Shown piece by piece: positions 37,001 through 50,225 of a stretch of DNA of 64,000 nucleotides; the first letter of the stretch is position 1, and each line of letters begins with the position of its first letter. Under the pieces are notes generated by a model. The model saw only the letters and a list, made by a program, of their open reading frames with translations, ran no database searches and was not told the origin of the DNA. The stretch is from Eledone cirrhosa. Taxonomy: Eukaryota. Made by a program: the position numbers and the translations under genes. The stretch covers positions 219,294,001 to 219,358,000 of the forward strand of contig OZ024741.1 of the NCBI GenBank assembly GCA_964016885.1, written 5' to 3'.

Positions 37001-37288
37001 ATACACACGCGTACATTAACATACAAAGAGACACACACACACACACACACACACACTTCTCCGTATAAGACAAGAGCTGAAAAATATCTTTTAACATGTT
37101 AAAATATGCCCCACACACGTACAGACACATTCCTACTGACCGATCCCTCTACCACGAATTACTCTGCTACACACACACACACACACTTGTCTTAATAGGC
37201 ACCTGGACTGTTCACCTGTCAACATGACTGCAATTCACACACACATCCCTACTGACTATTATCACAACAATGAACCTCTTTCCTACTA

Positions 37289-37368
<80 letters not shown>

Positions 37369-37761
37369 ATATTTGTCTTAAAAGACTTATTTTTCAGTGA
37401 CTTCTCAATCAGCCGAGACAAACCTACATTTGACGCAAAATCAATTTTTAACATTCACGTGACTTCTACCGACCAATCAAAATTGTTTTGACCACAAGAA
37501 TTTTTGCAACACGAATTGGCGCGAAACTTATTTTAATACATCTGGAGCCACTCTTTTCACATAAAACAGGTAGAATTTAAAAAACTAATCAGATTAGAGC
37601 AAACATCACGGGCGCTCTATCTCAAAATAGATAAAACTTAACCGGTAAAAACTTAAAGCTAAAACTGAATACTAATCAATACTTATTAGTAATTTTTACT
37701 TATTCCTAATTAAACTATTTTTCACTGGGAACAATTTGTCACCATTTTCTTTTCCTTTTAT

Positions 37762-37765
<4 letters not shown>
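30920..37765 (-). mobile_element. Neptune-type element C: decayed ORF1+ORF2, direct pseudo-LTR (30920-31110 vs 35263-35765) and inverted 3' copy (35766-37765)
   Basis: RT fragments 32724-33779, 32210-32635, 31672-31881; ORF1 fragments 33917-35288; plus-strand mirror ORFs 35719-36294 and 36281-36490. Confidence 0.9.
35415..35452 (-). ncRNA. Degenerate or variant U3-A8 hammerhead in the 5' pseudo-LTR of element C
   Basis: UUU-UUGAAAA-GCAUU-AGA-AAUGC-GCAUCCGGUA-AAA (GAAA replaced by GCAU). Confidence 0.45.
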
Positions 37766-37824
<59 letters not shown>

Positions 37825-37839
37825 TATAGATATATATAT

Positions 37840-37897
37840 ATGTAAGTATGTATGTATACGTACATACATATATGTATACAGACGTACAGTAGCATGC

Positions 37898-37928
<31 letters not shown>

Positions 37929-38470
37929 CATACATATACATATATACATACAGGTACACATACATATATGCACGCATCAGTTTGTATATGTATGTATATA
38001 TATATATATATATATATGCATGCTACTGTACGTCTGTATACATATATGTATGTACGTATACATGCATACTTACATTTAAGTAAGTGCCATACTAAGAGTG
38101 AGAAATGAAATTTCGTTTTCATTTTTTTCAACTTATCGTTTTCGGTATGCCTGACCGATTTATCTCACTCAATATGCAAATTAGGCTGCTCAGCCGTTAA
38201 TTTTCATAAAGAAAGTATATACTTTCGAACGTTCAACTATCTGGCAGATGGGTAAACGGTGCTGATGATAGCTAACAAGCTTGAAACTAGTACATCGTTC
38301 CTGTGTCAGTGTTGAACAAAAAGGTGACGTGGTTGCCTTAACACCGTATGGCATAAATTCAGGCTGTTCGGTTTGTTGACAAACAAACGAACAAAGCGGC
38401 GTTATAATAAACGTCCGCTAAACTGATGCGTGCATATATGTATGTGTACCTGTATGTATATATGTATATG

Positions 38471-38529
<59 letters not shown>

Positions 38530-38985
38530 GCATGCTACTGTACGTCTGTATACATATATGTATGTACGTATACATACATACTTACATTTAAGTAAGTGCC
38601 ATACTAAGAATGAGAAATGAAATTTCGTTTTCATTTTTTCAACTTATCGTTTTCGGTATGCCTGACCGATTTATCTCACTCAATATGCAAATTAGGCTGC
38701 TCAGCCGTTAATTTTCATAAGGAAAGTATATACTTTCGAACGTTCAACTATCTGGCAGATGGGTAAACGGTGCTGATGATAGCTAACAAGCTTGAAACTA
38801 GTACATCGTTCCTGTGTCAGTGTTGAACAAAAAGGTGACGTGGTTGCCTTAACACCGTATGGCATAAATTCAGGCTGTTCGGTTTGTTGACAAACAAACG
38901 AACAAAGCGGCGTTATAATAAACGTTCGCTAAACTGATGCGTGCATATATGTATGTGTACCTGTATGTATATATGTATATGTATG

Positions 38986-39018
<33 letters not shown>

Positions 39019-39132
39019 GCATGCTACTGTACGTCAGTATACATATATGTATGTACGTATACATACATACTTACATTTAAGTAAGTGCCATACTAAGAGT
39101 GAGAAATGAAATTTCGTTTTCATTTTTTTCAA

Positions 39133-39136
<4 letters not shown>
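37840..39136 (+). repeat. Hammerhead-containing tandem repeat (~490-511 bp) with an inverted 5' fragment; retrozyme-like
   Basis: Units at ~38080, 38591 and 39081; hammerheads at 38256-38298 and 38767-38809 (ACGGUG-CUGAUGA-UAGCUAACAAGCUU-GAAACUAGUA^-CAUCGU); ATGCAAAT at 38174 and 38685. Confidence 0.85.
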
Positions 39137-39207
<71 letters not shown>

Positions 39208-39359
39208 CGAAGGAAATGTGGTAAGGAACCAGGTGGACCATAACGCACCAAAGTACTCAATACTTGGGGTAGTAGAGTGGGTAATAGGAACCAGTAAGAC
39301 CCCGTCCAGAATTAGCCGTCGAAACGGCTTGAGCTCAGCCGTCGGGGTCTTACTGGTTG

Positions 39360-39559
<200 letters not shown>

Positions 39560-39702
39560 ACACGGGTGTGTATAGAAGATTATATTAATAAGAGGAATTC
39601 CAACTTTGTCTGATTTACTCGTTTTATTTACAATCCTTTAAAATTTATAATGGTATTATAATGAAATAGTATGATAGAATATTAAATGTTAAGTGTTAAT
39701 TG

Positions 39703-39737
39703 AACAAGTACTTTCATGCTTTCGCAATCTTCAGGTT
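39703..39737 (-). ncRNA. Hammerhead ribozyme, same family as the 63 kb fold-back
   Basis: AAC-CUGAAGA-UUGCGAAAGCAU-GAAAGUACUU^-GUU. Confidence 0.7.
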
Positions 39738-39841
39738 TTTAATGTGTGGTGACAGTCAAGTTTGCAATTTTCAATAGTAATATATATACATAAAGCCCCT
39801 TGTTGTACAGCCAACCATGTTACTCTTCATTCTTTCACTAG

Positions 39842-39899
<58 letters not shown>

Positions 39900-39900
<1 letters not shown>

Positions 39901-40720
39901 TAAGTATGTATACGTACATACATATATGTATACAGACATACAGTAGTATGTATATAGATACATACATGCATACATATATATATATACGTATGGGTTTACT
40001 GAACATTTATTATAATGCTCGGTTTATTTGTAAACAAACAGCCTGAATTATTAGCCGTACAGTGTTCGGCAACTATCGTTGCCATTTTGTTCAACACTGA
40101 CAAAGGAACGATGAACTAGTTTCTAGCTTATTAGCTGTCATCAGCACCGTATACCTTCCTGTCAGTCGATTGAACGTTTGAAAGTATATTCTTTCCTTAT
40201 GCATATTAACGGCTGAGCAGTCTAATTTGTATATCGATTGAGTTAGTCGACCGTGAATACCGAAAACGATAAATGGAAAAAATGAAATTTCATTTCTCAC
40301 TCTCAGTACGGCTGATACTTAAATATATGTATGTATACGTACATACATATATGTATACAGACATACAGTAGTATGTATATACATACATGCACACATATAT
40401 ATATATGTACGTATGTGTTTACCGAACATTTATTATAATGCACGGTTTGTTTGTAAACAAACAGCCTGAATTATTAGCCGTACAGTGTTCAGCAACTATC
40501 GTTGCCATTTTGTTCAACACTGACAAAGGAACGATGAACTAGTTTCTAGCTTATTAGCTGTCATCAGCGCCGTATACCTTCCTGTCAGTCGATTGAACGT
40601 TTGAAAGTATATACTTTCCTCATGCATATTAACGGTTGAGCAGCCTAATTTGCATATCGAGTGAGTTAGTCAGTCGGGCATACCGAAAACGATAAATGGA
40701 AAAAATGAAATTTCATTCCT
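39900..40720 (-). repeat. Second subfamily of hammerhead tandem repeat (423-bp period, 2 units)
   Basis: Hammerheads at 40108-40150 and 40531-40573 (ACGGYG-CUGAUGA-CAGCUAAUAAGCUA-GAAACUAGUU^-CAUCGU); octamer at 40648-40655. Confidence 0.85.
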
Positions 40721-42797
40721 CTCCAGAGGAACCACGGGGTCGTGTCTCAGTTCTTGTCTGCTCTATGGGTAAGTTCCCAGGGGTTGGAGTGACCAGACTC
40801 GCCTCACGTGTATGAGTCCGTTCATCCATAGAGTTTCCATTAGTTCTGCCATGTCTAGTCCCCCCCCTTGGGCTGTCCTAAGTCTACTATAATTCATTTT
40901 AGCTATATTCTGAGTTATGTTACTGGTTGTGGAGTAGGACAGCTTGATGGTATTCAAATTGAATATTTTATAGTATCTGTGCGATCTAGGGAAGAATTTG
41001 TCTAAGGCTCTAAAGAAAAGCTTAGCTATACTAGTGGTCAGGCCAGTGGAGTAAGGAGGGTTATACCACAGGATTTTTCTGGTCCGATGCCTCTTGTTCT
41101 TACTAACTATATTAGAGTTACCTGTCTCCTTAGTAGCTACTGGTCTATTATAACTGAAAACTGCCTGTGGGTCGATGGTGTCCTGGTGTGTCCCGATTGT
41201 GTTCGGAATCGTCCCAAGTCTCCGGGGCGGTGTACCCCCCGTGCAGCCATTGGGATTACCCTCGATAGCCGGGGTTATATCCACTATGCGTCTGCTACAC
41301 CTATCCCTATTCCCTTTACTCGACCCTTGTTCCATTTTACATTCAACAGTTGTTTTATCAGTTCTATAATTAAGGTTGCAAATAGAGTTTCCGCTGGCAC
41401 AACGGTGCTCAGACCCCGTGTTTGTACCTGGGTGGTTGTTTCTATTGGTACCATCAACATTGGGACTAGGAGGCAATACAACATGAAGTCTATATTGATC
41501 CTCCCTTGTATCCCGCCTGCTGTTAACTAAAGTGTCACTATTTTGGCCTAAGCTATCGCAGGCAATGTTGCTATTACTATTTAATGGACGTTTGAATGAG
41601 ATTCCCTCGCTATGCCCCGCTCGTTCCAGGGCGCTATTATAGTAATTCGATATCCTATTAAAGGTATCTTCATTGGAAGATAGTCCTGAAATTCCACTAG
41701 AGACGCTTTTGGTAATACCGTTAGTGACTATTCTAGGGTGGTTCGATTTTGCGTTGACATAGTTTAAATTCTCGTTGGGTTTGTGGTAGGGTTGGAAGAG
41801 TCCTGAAATGTAAGTGTAACATCTAGAAAATTAAGTATCTTTAATTCTCTTCAAATACTATACTTAAGTCTATGTTCTTGAAGAATTTGCTTAGTTTTTT
41901 CCCCACCCTCTCTACCATACTATTATTATGGAACGACACAGTAAACAAAACGTCGTCACGGTAAGCGCCGCCTCCCAAGTGGGGCATTTCCACTCCGAGA
42001 CAGTCGAGGAAGTAAAGGCCCACCAGGTCAGTCACCTGGGCCGAGTCCGTGGATCCCATGGTAATGTCGAAATTGTTCGGCCTATCCTTCCTGGTCCATA
42101 AGTCACCGTTGAACTCAATTAAGATTTTACTAGCTAGGAGAATAATGTTAATTTCTTCAGATGTCAGGTCGGTGTGTAAGCTAGGAAAGTTTAGGGCCCT
42201 ACCTAGAATAGTTGGAGAGATCGAAGAGTAGTAATTAGAGATATCGAACTGTATAAACTTAGTGCTATTCTTATTCTGCGATTTTTCAAACCAGTTAATT
42301 ACCTCACTAGTTCCTGACCACAATTTAAGCTTCGATCTCCTAACTAGAGTGGGGATTATTTTATCAAGGATGTTTTTACTCACGATTCCTATGTCCGACT
42401 TCGAAGGGGCTATCAGCCTGACAGGTCTTGATGATTCAAAGTTTAATTTGTGGTCTTTCAACAAAATCCTCGGAGTTCTAGGATGGAAGGGTTCGGTTTT
42501 ATCTTCAATACCCAGTTTAGTCATGACGCTATTGGCCTCCATGTTGATTAAATCCAGGTTGGCCCGTGTAGATTTTTTGTAGCTTTTTGTAAATTCTCTG
42601 ATTATCAAATCGTCATAGGTTACTTTATCCATATCGTACAAGTTGTTAGTTTTATCTGCGTGCACCAAAATGCCGGTCGAGTTCTTTAATTTTCCTAAAA
42701 CACCATTCAGTCGTCTTAAGTAGCTTTTTCTCCTGAGTGGGTTTTTCCTAAACTTAAGGTTGGACACTATGTTAGATATCTCTCTCACCAAAAACAT
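40720..42797 (-). pseudogene. Nematis-type PLE RT, thumb and linker (inverted segment)
   Basis: ADKTNNLY, LKDHK, FDISNYYSSI, ITMGSTDSAQVTDLVGLY, YRDD, ILWYNPPYS. Confidence 0.9.
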
Positions 42798-43150
42798 AAT
42801 CTACGACTGTAAGGTCTCCACTCTTGATAGAACCTTCCGGTATGTTGGGGCAACTGCCACTGAATTTAAGGATAAATGGTATAATCACCGCCATACCTTT
42901 AATAGATTAGATAAAAAAAAATAGCACGGCGCTTTCTGAATTAGTCTGGAAGCTTAAACAACAGAATATAGAGCACTTCTTATCCTGGTCCATAATTTGC
43001 TCAGCCCAGCCTTATAACGGCAGCACTGGCGTCTGTAATTTGTGTATAGCTGAAACCTTTAATATTATTAGAGGCGGTCCCCTATTAATTAATAGGAGAG
43101 CGGATTTTATCAGCAACTGCCAACGTAGAAAACCTTCCGCAGGATTTTTG
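42785..43150 (+). pseudogene. Nematis-type GIY-YIG endonuclease (absent from ORF track; frameshift in an A-run)
   Basis: Manual translation: LTKNIIYDCKVSTLDRTFRYVGATATEFKDKWYNH...STALSELVWKLK...CNLCIAETFNII...INRR. Confidence 0.85.
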
Positions 43151-43317
43151 GAAAGTAACCTCCCACTAACTCCTCCTTCTCTACTTTAACCATAGAGTTC
43201 TCTCAATAAACAGACAATCACACACTCAGATAGTTAGACGGCTAAGATCGTTTGCCCACTTACAAACGGTATTCGGCCCGTTTCCACAGAGTTCTCACAG
43301 CTGAGTGCACTTTAGAA

Positions 43318-43500
43318 CAGTGCTTTTCAACCCTTTTCAGCCCATGGACCATTTTTTTCTTCAAAAAATTCTAATGGACCACTCCTACTTTTACGTTTAA
43401 GCTGTTCCATTTTCACACTAAAATACTTAATGAAAAGACAAAATAGTCTATTTATACTTTAAAATTTATTTTAGTAAACAAGGATAAACACAGGATATCA
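43318..43500 (+). mobile_element. Possible hAT-like MITE end
   Basis: Begins CAGTGCTTTTCAACC, resembling hAT/Charlie TIRs; no second TIR found. Confidence 0.3.
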
Positions 43501-43503
43501 AAA

Positions 43504-43578
43504 TAATCATTCTAACTATTTACTAACTAGGTATTCTAAAGTTTAGAATACCTAGTTAGTAAATAGTTAGAATGATTA
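43504..43578. repeat. Perfect palindrome with 37-bp arms and a 1-nt loop
   Basis: TAATCATTCTAACTATTTACTAACTAGGTATTCTAAA-G-reverse complement. Confidence 0.9.
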
Positions 43579-43901
43579 CACACTCAGAATACATAGTTAG
43601 TAAATGATTACACACTCAGGCAAGACCGATTACGCGCATTTACCTTTACTTTAAGATACCTTAACCATTGAGTTCTCTCGGTTGGGATATAGCTAGACGT
43701 ATTGCACACTCAGTTAAGACCGTTTACGCTCTCTATACATAACTCTACACACTGTACTCGTTTTCTTTAGACATTGAGTTCCCACGGTTACGACTGGTCA
43801 CGTTCCTACCGATTGAACACTACACTAGGTTTTGATCATCTAACCATGGAGTGCTCACAGTTACGGATTGAACAATAATACTTACACACCATTAATGGGC
43901 C

Positions 43902-44221
43902 TGTAGCGGTTGTCTCCCTTGTTTGGATTAACATCTAGACGGGAAGTAGAACCCTTTCTGTAACTTCCGGCAGAGCCCTATAAAACGAATAGCTCTCGGC
44001 TCTCTGCCTCTCATTTGGCCTTCCGGCGCCTGGCCTTAGCCAGGCGTCCTCTGCCAGCCGCGTTTGCCTGGCAATCAAAACGGTAACGACTAACTTTGTT
44101 TCATTCTATCATCTATTTCTTTGACATGTCAACTATACTATCTACCATTGTTAATTAAATATTATACACACAAACCATGCCTCGTTTTGTTACATTCATA
44201 CAACCCAGTATCTACGCTATA
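43902..44221 (+). mobile_element. Solo LTR (320 bp, Gypsy-like)
   Basis: Termini TGTAGCG...CGCTATA; 4-bp TSD GGCC at 43898-43901 and 44222-44225; TATAAAA at ~43978; ATTAAA at ~44154. Confidence 0.7.
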
Positions 44222-45160
44222 GGCCTACACACATCCTCTAGGTTTTGCTATCCTTTGTTATTTTACTTTACTTTTTGTGTTGGATAACACACCTCCACCA
44301 CTCAAACACCTATCTTAAAAGCCCAAGGGCCCATATGACGGGAAATCGCACTTACTGACACCGTAACCAAATACCCAACCCTACACGGAGCTCCTTGCTG
44401 GCCTACATAGCGGTTGCTTGCCCGCACAGATTTGGGGACTCGGATTCTCAATGGGACAGCGGTACATACTGAGTTCGATATGAGCTGATTGCTTGCTCTT
44501 CACATGGATGTGTATATACCTAGACATACACTTTTTTGGACGATACGGATGTGTATAACATACACTATTTGGAGATACGGATGTTACAATTCAATCTATA
44601 CACGTATAGCAGAACACTGAACTGAACTTACTTGCTTGTGTGTGTATGTGTGTGTATATGGGGCTGTGGTTGACCCAATATTTCCAATTTGCATCGTCAA
44701 ATTGAGATTTAACCAATGTAGCATTTGTTGTTTTGTAAACTAACTTTCGGTGAATGCTATGTTGGTATATTCTTATATTTGTTGTTTTTTCTTTGACATC
44801 GCTTCGGTGTATGTGAGAGTGTGTGTGTACCCACTCACACTAATTGTGACCGTCTATAGTTCTACAGATTTGATACTGTGTTGGTGTGTGTATATATATT
44901 TTTTTTCTTTTTTCTTTGACCTCGAGTCGGTGTGTGTGTGTACCCACTCACATTAACTGTGACCGACTGTATTTCTACAGATTTGATTGATGCCCAGCGT
45001 CTTTTGCAGCTATTGGGAGATAGAAATGTAATAGTTTTATCACCTTAACTGAAGTTGATAGCAGTCGCCGCATTTTGACTGCTTGATCTTCATATAAGGG
45101 AATAAACTCTGTGAGTGAACATTGCTAATTTTCTCCCTCATATCAAGAATTTGAAGACAA

Positions 45161-45250
45161 ATCATTTTCACCTGATGAGATCAGTGATAATTGATCATGG
45201 CTTCACGATCGATCTATCTCTTATTGAAACATGTGTCGTGATTAAATGAT
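45161..45250 (+). ncRNA. Hammerhead at the 3' end of the 42785-45290 Nematis segment
   Basis: AUCAUUUUCAC-CUGAUGA-...-GAAACAUGUGUC^-GUGAUUAAAUGAU; stem II irregular. Confidence 0.65.
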
Positions 45251-45283
45251 TGGAAATTTTACCTTGCCTTCGGATTTTCATTT

Positions 45284-45341
<58 letters not shown>

Positions 45342-45427
45342 GTAGGTCCCGGGTTGAGTCGGGGATAACCACAGTAAGTAAGGTACTCAATACATGGCAG
45401 AGTAAAATTTGTTTATTTTATAGAAGG

Positions 45428-45478
45428 AGCTTCTACAGGACTAGTACTGTTTCATTCAGATGAAATCTTCAGGAAGCT
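45428..45478 (-). ncRNA. Hammerhead ribozyme
   Basis: AGCUUC-CUGAAGA-UUUCAUCUGAAU-GAAACAG-UACUAGUC-CUGUA^-GAAGCU. Confidence 0.8.
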
Positions 45479-45686
45479 GGGTGTCATATTAAGTTCTGGT
45501 ATTTATACATTTAGGTAGTGGCAAGGGAGGGGTGGGAGATGGGGGGTATTTAGATACACAGGACCACTTCATGGCACAGGCCGTTTTTTCTTTGGGGAGT
45601 GGTCAATTAGCCAGAGTGCTTTTTTGAAATAAATAAATAAGTAAATAAATAAATAAATGAATAAATAAATAGATAAATGAATAAAT

Positions 45687-45717
<31 letters not shown>

Positions 45718-46034
45718 TAAATAAATAAAAACCCCAAGAATAGTAATTCAACAGATATATAGTAGGGAAATTTTTTAGGTGGGTTGGTAATAGAAATTAA
45801 ACATTTAACAAGACCGAATCATGGCACAGACTGGGGTGAGTGGTCAAGTTAACATACAAGCCACAGGTGGCCAGAGTGTTTTAGTAGGATGGAAAGAATA
45901 AAATATATTTACATACTCACAACCACATACAAAAACACTTACACACACATATATACTTATATATATATACATTCATATATATATATATGTGTGTGTGTGT
46001 GCACACCTACACATTCACACACATATACACATAC

Positions 46035-46069
<35 letters not shown>

Positions 46070-46251
46070 TGTGTGCGCATACACATACACATACACACAC
46101 ATACATATACACACACACACACATACATACATACACATATATACATATATACACAGGAAAAACACAAACACACAAATATACACACACACATACACACACA
46201 CACATATATATATATATCTACACATACACACGCGCGCATACACACACATAT

Positions 46252-46294
<43 letters not shown>

Positions 46295-46400
46295 TATGCA
46301 TACATACACATATATATATATATATACACACCTACAAGTACGTATGTCTCTCTCGTGTAAACTATACTATACATACACATACATACGTATGCACACACAT

Positions 46401-46443
<43 letters not shown>

Positions 46444-46804
46444 TACATTCACACATATATATACATATATACACATACACACACACATACATATATAATC
46501 TCATATATATAAAAACAAATAACGAAACGAAATTAAATTTCGTTTCGTTTGTAACTCACTTTTGTATGACTGACGCTTAAACAATTAAGTTAAAAATGTA
46601 CATCTACATATGCATACTGAAATACTAGTATGCATATGAATACACACACGTATACATATGTAGATGTAACAAGTCTTTCACTGGTTACTTTACTGTGAGT
46701 AACCCAGCTATTCTGTATGTAAACACACAGACAAACCGGTTTTTAGAGTCATACTGGTTTTCGAGGAAACACCTTTCCTCTATTCTCCAGAAAGCCAGAC
46801 AAGG

Positions 46805-46849
46805 AATATTGAACTAGTTTCGTTGTTGTTACAACTCATCAGCAATATT
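46805..46849 (-). ncRNA. Hammerhead in the loop of a nested fold-back (46511-47130)
   Basis: AAUAUUG-CUGAUGA-GUUG-UAACAA-CAAC-GAAACUAGUU^-CAAUAUU; ATGCAAAT upstream at 46942-46935. Confidence 0.85.
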
Positions 46850-47129
46850 TACCTATCTACCGGCCTTTCTGGAGAATCGTAAAAGCACATATCGTTATAT
46901 GCTTTTTCTATGAAAATTAGTAGTGGGCAGACTAATTTGCATAGAGTGTGAGTACAGTATGACTCGAAAAACCGGTTTGTCTGTGTGTTTACATACAGAA
47001 TAGCTGGGTTACTCACAGTAAAGTAACCAGTGAAAGACTTGTTACATCTACATATGTATACGTGTGTGTATTCATATGCATACTAGTATTTCAGTATGCA
47101 TATGTAGATGTACATTTTTAACTTAATTG

Positions 47130-47194
<65 letters not shown>

Positions 47195-47212
47195 TTATAC
47201 ATATATATATAC

Positions 47213-47245
<33 letters not shown>

Positions 47246-48040
47246 CATATACATACACACATATACATATATATACGTATATACATACACACATATACAT
47301 ATATATACGTATATACATACACACGCATACACATTTACAAGCAAACACGCATACATACACATACATACATACAAATAAGTACACAAACGCATGTGCACAA
47401 ACACGCACTCGTTCGCACTCATACATGTGTCTATAATATAAAGGTAGTGGGACAAATTTTAAATTTTAAATTTTAAACTGGGCCTGATAGAGGAATAAAA
47501 TAATTAATGTCACTATTAAGTTATTAATAGTATCATCAAGTAATTAATTACTATTTATTATTTATTACTTACTATTTACCATTCACTATTCGTTACCTAT
47601 CTTTTATCCTTTATCTATTCTAACTAACAAACGAACAAACAAACAAACAGATAAACAAATAAACCAGTAAAAAAGCAAATAAATAAACAAGTAAATAAAT
47701 AAATGGATAAATAAATAAATAAGTAAATAAAGTAACTAAATAAATAAATAAATAAATAACTAAATAAATATACAAGTTAAATAGATAAATAAATCATGAA
47801 CGTGTGCGTGCAGCAGTTCATAACTGCACGTATGCAAACATGAGCAGGTCTATACGTGAATTTGTGTGTGCGGCCACGGAACTTTACTCAGAGGCATACA
47901 ACACAATATATAAGACCTGGAGGGGAGGAAAGAAGGTAATAATGAGAGATAGAGGGGGAGGAAAGAGGGTAATAATGAGAGATGGAAGGACGGAAATGGG
48001 ATGGGGGGCTGAGGTGGGGTGGTGATATGGGGGCAGGGGG

Positions 48041-48424
48041 TCAGTCGGGGGGCAGGGGGGGTCTGTAGTTTTTGTAATTTGCATAGTTCTTGTGCATGCA
48101 ATTAGGGGAGTGTTCCGAGATCTTGTTGAGGAGGGGGCCTTTGGCGAATAGAATCTCATAGCTCTCGGAGATACAGAGGTCACAGCAATTATGGCCTCCC
48201 GTGTATGATCGCGCTCTCTGGAGTAGTCTCCATTGGGTCTTGAAGGGGATGGAGTTCCTTTTTAGGTGCCAGATATGGGCGGCGAGTGTAGTTTGGTTAG
48301 ATTTGTCTGGGCGCCGGAACGAATGTGTGTGGGCGTACCAGCGAGTCTTAAAACTATTAGAAGTCATCCCGATGTACGAGTTTCTTTTTTCATCGGGACC
48401 TGAGAGTACATCGCATATATACAC
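48041..48424 (-). CDS. GIY-YIG endonuclease domain, Nematis-type
   Basis: YICDV..SYIGMTSNSFKTRWYAH..TTLAAHIWHLK..CDLCISE..LNKISE..CMH. Confidence 0.9.
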   Translation of the reverse strand: MYICDVLSGPDEKRNSYIGMTSNSFKTRWYAHTHSFRRPDKSNQTTLAAHIWHLKRNSIPFKTQWRLLQRARSYTGGHNCCDLCISESYEILFAKGPLLNKISEHSPNCMHKNYANYKNYRPPLPPD

Positions 48425-49871
48425 GAGATCTTTTTTTAGACAGTTGTTGTTGAGAGGGCAGGTCGTCTTATCAGGGCAATTGCAGTTGCTATCGGTTGCT
48501 GGATGGGCTTCGGAAAAAGTAGACTTATTTAGCTTCTTGATGTTGTTGTTGGCTAAGTTTCTAGTTAGATTAGGTGTGGTAGAGTAAGAGAGTCTAATGG
48601 TATTCTTATTAAGGATAATATAGTACCTATGTTGGGTGGGGAAGTGTTTTTGTAAGAGAGTGAAGAAAATTTTAGCTACAGGTGTTGAAACTTCTCGGTT
48701 GAAGGGGGGGGGGGGGGGGGTTACCAGCTAATGCGCCTTCGCCTATTCCTCCTGGGTGGGCGTGGGGCTATAGTTAGGTAGGTGATCTTATCTCTAAAGC
48801 CGCTGCGGGCCAGGGCCTCGTTGTAATAGGGGGCTGCTGCTCTAAAGATATCTTCATTGGCGGCGAGGCTAGATATCCTAATGGACACACTTTTTACTAG
48901 GTTGTCTAATATATTTTTGGGGTGGTTAGAATTAATGTCTATATATCTAAGGGATTCATTAGGTTTGTGGTACGGGTAGTAAAGGGAAGTTTCTAAGTCG
49001 AGGGTAACGTCTAGGAAGTTAGCTTTAGTTAAGTTCGAACCCTAATTGCATGCACAAGAACTATGCAAATTACAAAAACTACAGACTCCCCCGGCCCCCC
49101 GACTGACCCCCCTCCCCCCATATCACCACCCCAGCCCCCAATCCCATTTCCGTCCCTCCATCTCTCATTATTACCCTCTTTCCTCCCCTCTATCTCTCAT
49201 TATTACCTTCTTTCCTCCCCTCCAGGTCTTATATATTGTGTTGTATGCCTCTGAGTAAAGTTCCGTGGCCGCACACACAAATTCACGTATAGACCTGCTC
49301 ATGTTTGCATACGTGCAGTTATGAACTGCTGCACGCACACGTTCATGATTTATTTATCTATTTAACTTGTATATTTATTTAGTTATTTATTTATTTATTT
49401 ATTTATTTAGTTACTTTATTTACTTATTTATTTATTTATCCATTTATTTATTTACTTGTTTATTTATTTGCTTATTTACTGGTTTATTTGTTTATCTGTT
49501 TGTTTGTTTGTTCGTTTGTTAGTTAGAATAGATAAAGGATAAAAGATAGGTAACGAATAAAGGATAAAAGATAGGTAACGAAGTAAGTAATAAATAATAA
49601 ATAGTAATTAATTACTTGATGATAATATTAATAACTTAATAGTGACATTAATTATTTTATTCCTCTATCAGGCCCAGTTTAAAATTTAAAATTTAAAATT
49701 TGTCCCACTACCTTTATATTATAGACACATGTATGAGTGCGAACGAGTGCGTGTTTGTGCATATGCGTTTGTGTACTTATTTGTATGTATGTATGTGTAT
49801 GTATGCGTGTTTGCTTGTAAATGTGTATGCGTGTGTATGTATATACGTATATATATGTATATGTGTGTATG

Positions 49872-49920
<49 letters not shown>

Positions 49921-49942
49921 GTATATATATATATATGTATAA

Positions 49943-49980
<38 letters not shown>

Positions 49981-50164
49981 TTATATATGTATGTGTGTAT
50001 ATGTATATATATATGTGTGAATGTATGTGTTTGTGTGTGTGTGTGTATGTATGTGTATGTATGTGTGTGCATATGTATGTATGTGTATGTATAGTATAGT
50101 TTACACGAGAGAGACATACGTACTTGTAGGTGTATATATATATATATATATATATGTGTATGTA

Positions 50165-50225
<61 letters not shown>

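Noticed and set aside
39290-39358. Hairpin containing GAAAC..GTC considered as a new ribozyme class
   Set aside because: It is the 3' half of the 21811-21906 hammerhead family, with the CUGA core replaced by a short fold-back
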